64,000 nt of DNA, taken from contig JALONK010000003.1 in the NCBI GenBank assembly GCA_025454975.1, forward strand, positions 74,522 to 138,521. The letters run 5' to 3'. Positions 61,801 to 64,000 of this stretch are shown piece by piece. Origin of the DNA: Bacteroidia bacterium (GTDB lineage Bacteria; Bacteroidota; Bacteroidia; UKL13-3). Both the position numbers and the translations under genes were made by a program. The notes beneath the pieces were generated by a model, which was not told the origin of the DNA, searched no databases, and saw only the letters and a list, made by a program, of their open reading frames with translations. Position 1 is the first letter of the stretch. Each line of letters starts with the position of its first letter.

Positions 61801-63074
61801 CGACGCAAATTTACGGTATCCCTATTTATCGTTTGCCCGGAAAGGTATGCATATAATGAATTTGAATTATTGCCGGGAAAGGTATCGTTAGGATTTGAAT
61901 TAAGCTCCCAGTTTTTATTGTCGCGTTTAGCAGCCTCTCCTAAATCACTAAAACCCATCACATCTCTCGAATTTTCAAATGCACCTGACCTATTGGTTAT
62001 CCAAACTTCAACACGATTAATTACAACCGGTGAGGCAATAATTGGCAACCCTCGTAACCAAAAATCGTAATTATCTCTAAAGAATTGCGACAAAAAATAG
62101 TGACGATTCATGTCGTAATTATCCGCCTGAATATCAAAACGGGTGGTTTGGGCTCCACCTTGCAATTCGGTTTCAGTGGTTTTACCCCGTTGTTGTGATA
62201 CCACCGAGGTAACTGTAAGTTTCCCAAATTGCATGGTAGTTTTTATACCCATTAAACTTTGACTTCCCTGAATTAAAGTAGAGTTTAACGGTAGATTAAC
62301 ATTACCTAATTCAATCTTCTTAATAATATCATCTTCTTTACCGGCATAATCCAATTTCATTTGATTTTCAAAATCAAAAGTCGCTTCTGTATCGTAATTA
62401 AAATTAATTTTCATTTTATCACCGATACCACCTTGAACATTAATTTGTAATTTATTTCGAAAGTCAAATTGTCCGGTACGTTGCTGCCTTACTGCAATGG
62501 CCGGATTCCTAACAGTGTTAAAATTTCCTTGGAAAATTAATTCTGCCGAACCTCTTGGTCTTATATCAATTACACCACTTCCAAAAATGCGATCAAAAAC
62601 TTTTGGACCAAGTTTTAAAGGGGGAATAATTCCACCACCTCTTACAAAGTTTTGAGCCTGCGCCCGTTGCCTGAAATAATCGTTGTTTTGTCGCTTGTTT
62701 TCTAACTTTAATTGCTCGCTTACCGGAATGGTTAATGGGGTGCGATAGGGCAAACCACCAACTGTTGAACGGTAATTGTAACTGGTTTGTTGCGAATCTA
62801 ATTCATACCTGCTTTTTATAACTGAAGGTTCCGGTAAATCAAGCGGATGACGAGTAGGCGTAAGGTCGAAAGGCTTTTTATCTTTTATCGGATATGGTAA
62901 TTTTGTTTTAGGTGTATCTGCTACTGCAGAATCAGGAGGAATTAAATAAGTAATTTTCAAATGATCTTCCAAAACAGCGTTTGAAACGACCAAAACATTC
63001 CCGGTCGCTATGTATGAACAAATAGCGATAAGGAAAAAAGGCGATATGTGTTTTAATTTAAAGGGTAACGACAA
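55833..63074 (-). CDS. sprA: SprA-like T9SS outer-membrane translocon / gliding-motility cell-surface protein (2413 aa)
   Basis: A signal peptide is present and the protein is a very large, beta-rich OMP. The size matches Bacteroidetes SprA/Sov at about 2400 aa. A T9SS cargo with a CTD lies in the same window, and the gene sits next to ruvA. The assignment rests on size, lineage and context, not on an alignment. Confidence 0.6.
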   Translation of the reverse strand: MSLPFKLKHISPFFLIAICSYIATGNVLVVSNAVLEDHLKITYLIPPDSAVADTPKTKLPYPIKDKKPFDLTPTRHPLDLPEPSVIKSRYELDSQQTSYNYRSTVGGLPYRTPLTIPVSEQLKLENKRQNNDYFRQRAQAQNFVRGGGIIPPLKLGPKVFDRIFGSGVIDIRPRGSAELIFQGNFNTVRNPAIAVRQQRTGQFDFRNKLQINVQGGIGDKMKINFNYDTEATFDFENQMKLDYAGKEDDIIKKIELGNVNLPLNSTLIQGSQSLMGIKTTMQFGKLTVTSVVSQQRGKTTETELQGGAQTTRFDIQADNYDMNRHYFLSQFFRDNYDFWLRGLPIIASPVVINRVEVWITNRSGAFENSRDVMGFSDLGEAAKRDNKNWELNSNPNDTFPGNNSNSLYAYLSGQTINRDTVNLRRTFEIQNELIADQNITRLQPISQYQMINNARLLNPSEYSINTRLGYISLNNALNNDEILCVAFEYTLDGRYFKVGEFTTDVPVNPDNPTVLFTKMLKGPSQRPDLPLWDLMMKNVYALGTFNIQQKDFRLNVIYADDPSGADLNYIPQQNEPSLTGIPLLTVLNLDNLNTQQERAPDGLFDFIEGVTINSTQGRIFFPSVEPFGTYLAAKFVNNPDRARYYSFYELYDSTRFAAMQLPQYNKFFLRGSYQGTASNEISLNSTNIPRGSVRVTANGAPLVENVDYVVDYNLGRVKILNTGLLNSGANIKVSSESNSLFTVQQKNLLGTRFDYKHSNDLIFGGTFMYLNERPLTPKVNIGEEPISNIMLGLDGTYKRDSRLLTKLIDKLPFIETKEISTITVSGEFAKLIPGIQGALAQRGTAYIDDFEGSETPFDMRMPAQNWTLASTPQGQPDLFPEGNLLNNLRYGFNRSGFAWYNIATTFFRTERFTPEHIRNDDEQLSDDCVREVSLNEIFPDRQIQAGLPNQVPTLDLAIYPNERGPYNYNTEELNEDGTLSNPRTKWGGVMRRIDQNDFEASNIDYIEIWMMDPYACKQDAANEGSFYINLGNISEDVLRDNRRASENALPRTEADNQYIDTTVWGRVPRKPVINFAFDADPATRQRQDLGLDGFDDETERAWFNEQYLALIAAKFGVNSQAYQAALADPSNDNYRYYLGSAYDNAQTSILNRYKRFNAHQGNSPTAEQSTEPNYPTTATNIPDNEDINRDFTLNDIEEYFQYKVDISKGRLVVGQNFVTDSVRRSALLKNGNRREVTWYQLKIPIREYEKRVGQIYDFKSIRFMRMFMRGFNNDMVLRFAYLQLVRADWRKYLENLEAGREGRPNDNVDNTQFVVSTVNIEENGARAPIRYVTPPGIQREVDFSAPQAIAQNEQSLSLQVCNLRDGDARAAFRNINMDLRRYGKLRMFLHAEGLREQLRDGDLHAFIRIGTDLNANYYEYEIPLRVTVPPAANANEIWPNENEMVIDLEELINTKIARTNANHPFTSIFERRTGSTIYRVVGLPDLSQARIVMVGIRNPKAKLGTDDTDDGLPKCGEVWFNELRMTDFNNQGGWAANGRVLAKLADFGNVQFTGSIATVGWGGIDKKLNERRLDDQWMYDLQGTFELGKFLPAKSGISIPMFLSYGNTTVRPLYNPLNPDVRLQKEINESTNPEYVDRIRKAADDYTTRRSINFTNVRKNRVGSGKQHFYDIENFSFTYAYTETYRRNQAIEYYILQNYRGMISYNYNFNSKPWEPFSKLIKSKQLQIIKDFNLYFKPQSWGTRFETDRRYGVTINRNNDNPNTVVPPLFDKIFTMNRYYEFRYDITKGLKLDYTSTAMARIDEPLGRIDEGTPEKRDSMWSNFWNGGRLTQFDQAVRLNYTLPINKIQQLSWTNVSYNYTANYQWRQAPPAADSLGNTIQNARIETWNASFNLIMLYNKFPTLRQLNNSSSKRTTTTSAPKKKKKTTKGKGKGKKGDKDKEAEDAEKKKKEAEKEKEGNELSPALAATLRLITSIKNINVQQTVNRGMVLPGFRPTPQYGGQDFNVNAPGFDFLLGLQDPEYRFKAAQNGWLSNDPRITNYYMSDFRQNLSIRATIEPLPDFRIELTATKQQSLSQQSLFRFDSSENAYRDVGPLVESGTYSISYNIMATSFTRERSDGTSDVFKQFEENRRIIAERLSGNPDQPGRGRDSIQYPIGYSRNSQDVLIPAFLAAYSGKDASNVSLSAFPAIPLPNWRVTYNGLTKIQAIKDIFSNITLNHSYSSNYNVGSFQTITDTSSTNISGDYASKYQIRSVSLTERWGPFLGIDVTTVSNVTANFQYKRDRTLNFVLTNGQLSEQTGNELVFGAGYRTNKLRIPFMKNGRTIVLKNDVNFRLDFSIREQVTKVRNLDRPSNEAVAGQTTTSIRPTIEYNINEKLMLRIFYDRRKTDPATSNQFPNIITSGGFSLRYTIQ

Positions 63075-63089
63075 TGTAGAACTGCGCCA

Positions 63090-63680
63090 TCAAATAACTT
63101 TTAAAGTGTGTTTAACTAATTCTTCTACTGTATAATCCGGGTTTTGTTGGCGAATTTTTATAAGTCCCTTTTCAGCTTCACCCCTATTAAAACCTAACAT
63201 TACCAATGCCGCAAGTGCTTCTTCAAGTGCCTTATTTGATGATGTACCGGTTAATAAATCGGATGTTGAAATGCCGGTTGATTTGCTAATTCTATCTTGC
63301 AAATCAATAACAATTCTTTGAGCTGTTTTCGGACCTATGCCTTTCACGGATTTTAATAACGACCAATTGCCGCTGGTTATTGCTTGTTTAATTTCATCAG
63401 GTTTCAATGATGATAAAATCATCCTCGCTGTATTAGGTCCAACACCATTAACCGAAACCAAATGTAAAAATAACTCGCGCTCCGATTCTTCGGCAAAACC
63501 GAAAAGCGTATGGCTATCTTCTTTGATTACAAGATGTGTAAGCACCTTGATTTTTTGATGCCCCCTGATGAGTTCATAAGTATGTAATGATATTTGAATA
63601 GCATATCCAATTCCTCCACAACTTATTACCACTTGTGCCGGCGACACCGATTCTATATTTCCTTCAACAAAAGCTATCAC
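63090..63680 (-). CDS. ruvA: Holliday junction DNA helicase RuvA
   Basis: The N-terminus reads MIAFVEGNIESVSP…GGIGYAI. Two HhH motifs (…VNGVGPNTARMIL…, …VKGIGPKTAQRIV…) and a C-terminal domain III are present. Confidence 0.95.
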   Translation of the reverse strand: MIAFVEGNIESVSPAQVVISCGGIGYAIQISLHTYELIRGHQKIKVLTHLVIKEDSHTLFGFAEESERELFLHLVSVNGVGPNTARMILSSLKPDEIKQAITSGNWSLLKSVKGIGPKTAQRIVIDLQDRISKSTGISTSDLLTGTSSNKALEEALAALVMLGFNRGEAEKGLIKIRQQNPDYTVEELVKHTLKVI

Positions 63681-63748
63681 GTTTATTTTTACTTATTTTT
63701 TCTAAAACACAGGCTGCTAAAATAGTAAATGTTTTTAATTTTGAAAGA

Positions 63749-64000
63749 ATGCAAAAAATTATAGTGACAATTGTTTTTTTTCTTATCCTGAATTCATGTT
63801 CTACTCATGTAAATAAAGTGCATGTAAAAACGTATCACAATTCGGGGAAGGTTTGGATGAAGGGCACTACCATTAAAGGGGTAAAACACGGTTGGTGGTA
63901 TACTTATACTGAAACCGGAAAAATAGTTTCGCGAGAAAAATTTAAACATGACTCCTTGATTGTTAGTTATTTATATAACAATGAAGGAAAGCTTTGGCAA
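63749..64000 (+). CDS. MORN-variant-repeat (YwqK-like) lipoprotein, 3' partial
   Basis: I translated this by hand: MQKIIVTIVFFLILNSCSTHVNKVHVKTYHNSGKVWMKGTTIKGVKHGWWYTYTETGKIVSREKFKHDSLIVSYLYNNEGKLWQ…. A lipobox (LNSC) is followed by G-x-W-x-x-Y-x-x-G MORN-like repeats. The frame is open to the window end. Confidence 0.5.
   Translation, partial: MQKIIVTIVFFLILNSCSTHVNKVHVKTYHNSGKVWMKGTTIKGVKHGWWYTYTETGKIVSREKFKHDSLIVSYLYNNEGKLWQ

Noticed and set aside
1-64000. Mobile elements, prophage, CRISPR, toxin-antitoxin or defence islands
   Set aside because: I saw no transposase, integrase or recombinase motifs (DDE, tyrosine or serine recombinase), no repeat arrays, and no compositional island. The whole window reads as core chromosome. 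The MORN/YwqK-like partial gene at the right edge is the only item sometimes labelled 'antitoxin', and that label is generally unreliable.

Overview
This 64 kb window is a gene-dense (~90% coding), low-GC Bacteroidetes chromosomal segment. The call rests on T9SS C-terminal sorting domains, a SprA-sized gene, DUF4270/DUF4292-type lipoproteins, LytS/LytTR regulators and TAnnTTTG-like promoter elements; the organism is likely Sphingobacteriia or Flavobacteriia. Almost everything is core housekeeping: sodA, glmS, a DAH7P synthase, panC, a DEAD-box helicase, def, ruvX, thiL, a thiolase, truA, sucD, ftsH, accD, fbaB, dut, ruvA, a PNP and a plsC-like gene. I found no transposase, integrase, CRISPR array, rRNA or tRNA. 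The less ordinary content is as follows. (1) The window opens inside a giant T9SS-secreted surface protein (more than 2374 aa) with N-terminal beta-propeller repeats, four LamG/ConA-like lectin domains interleaved with about 15 Ig-like repeats, and a T9SS C-terminal domain. (2) There is a four-gene signalling module: a LiaF-like membrane protein, a DUF4288 protein, an intramembrane LytS-type histidine kinase and a LytTR regulator. It looks like a LiaFSR-style envelope-stress circuit rewired onto LytS/LytTR. (3) A free-standing MetH homocysteine-binding domain has no adjacent partner. (4) A 47-aa Cys-rich membrane peptide is missed by the ORF track. (5) A half-size glycogen-synthase-like gene sits in an operon with a DUF4270-type lipoprotein, the DAH7P synthase and glmS. 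(6) A 2413-aa SprA-like T9SS translocon gene carries a Lys/Glu-rich low-complexity insert. Several strong bidirectional rho-independent terminators are visible. I see no clearly novel defence or mobile system. The signalling module and the giant lectin/Ig protein are the best candidates for follow-up.
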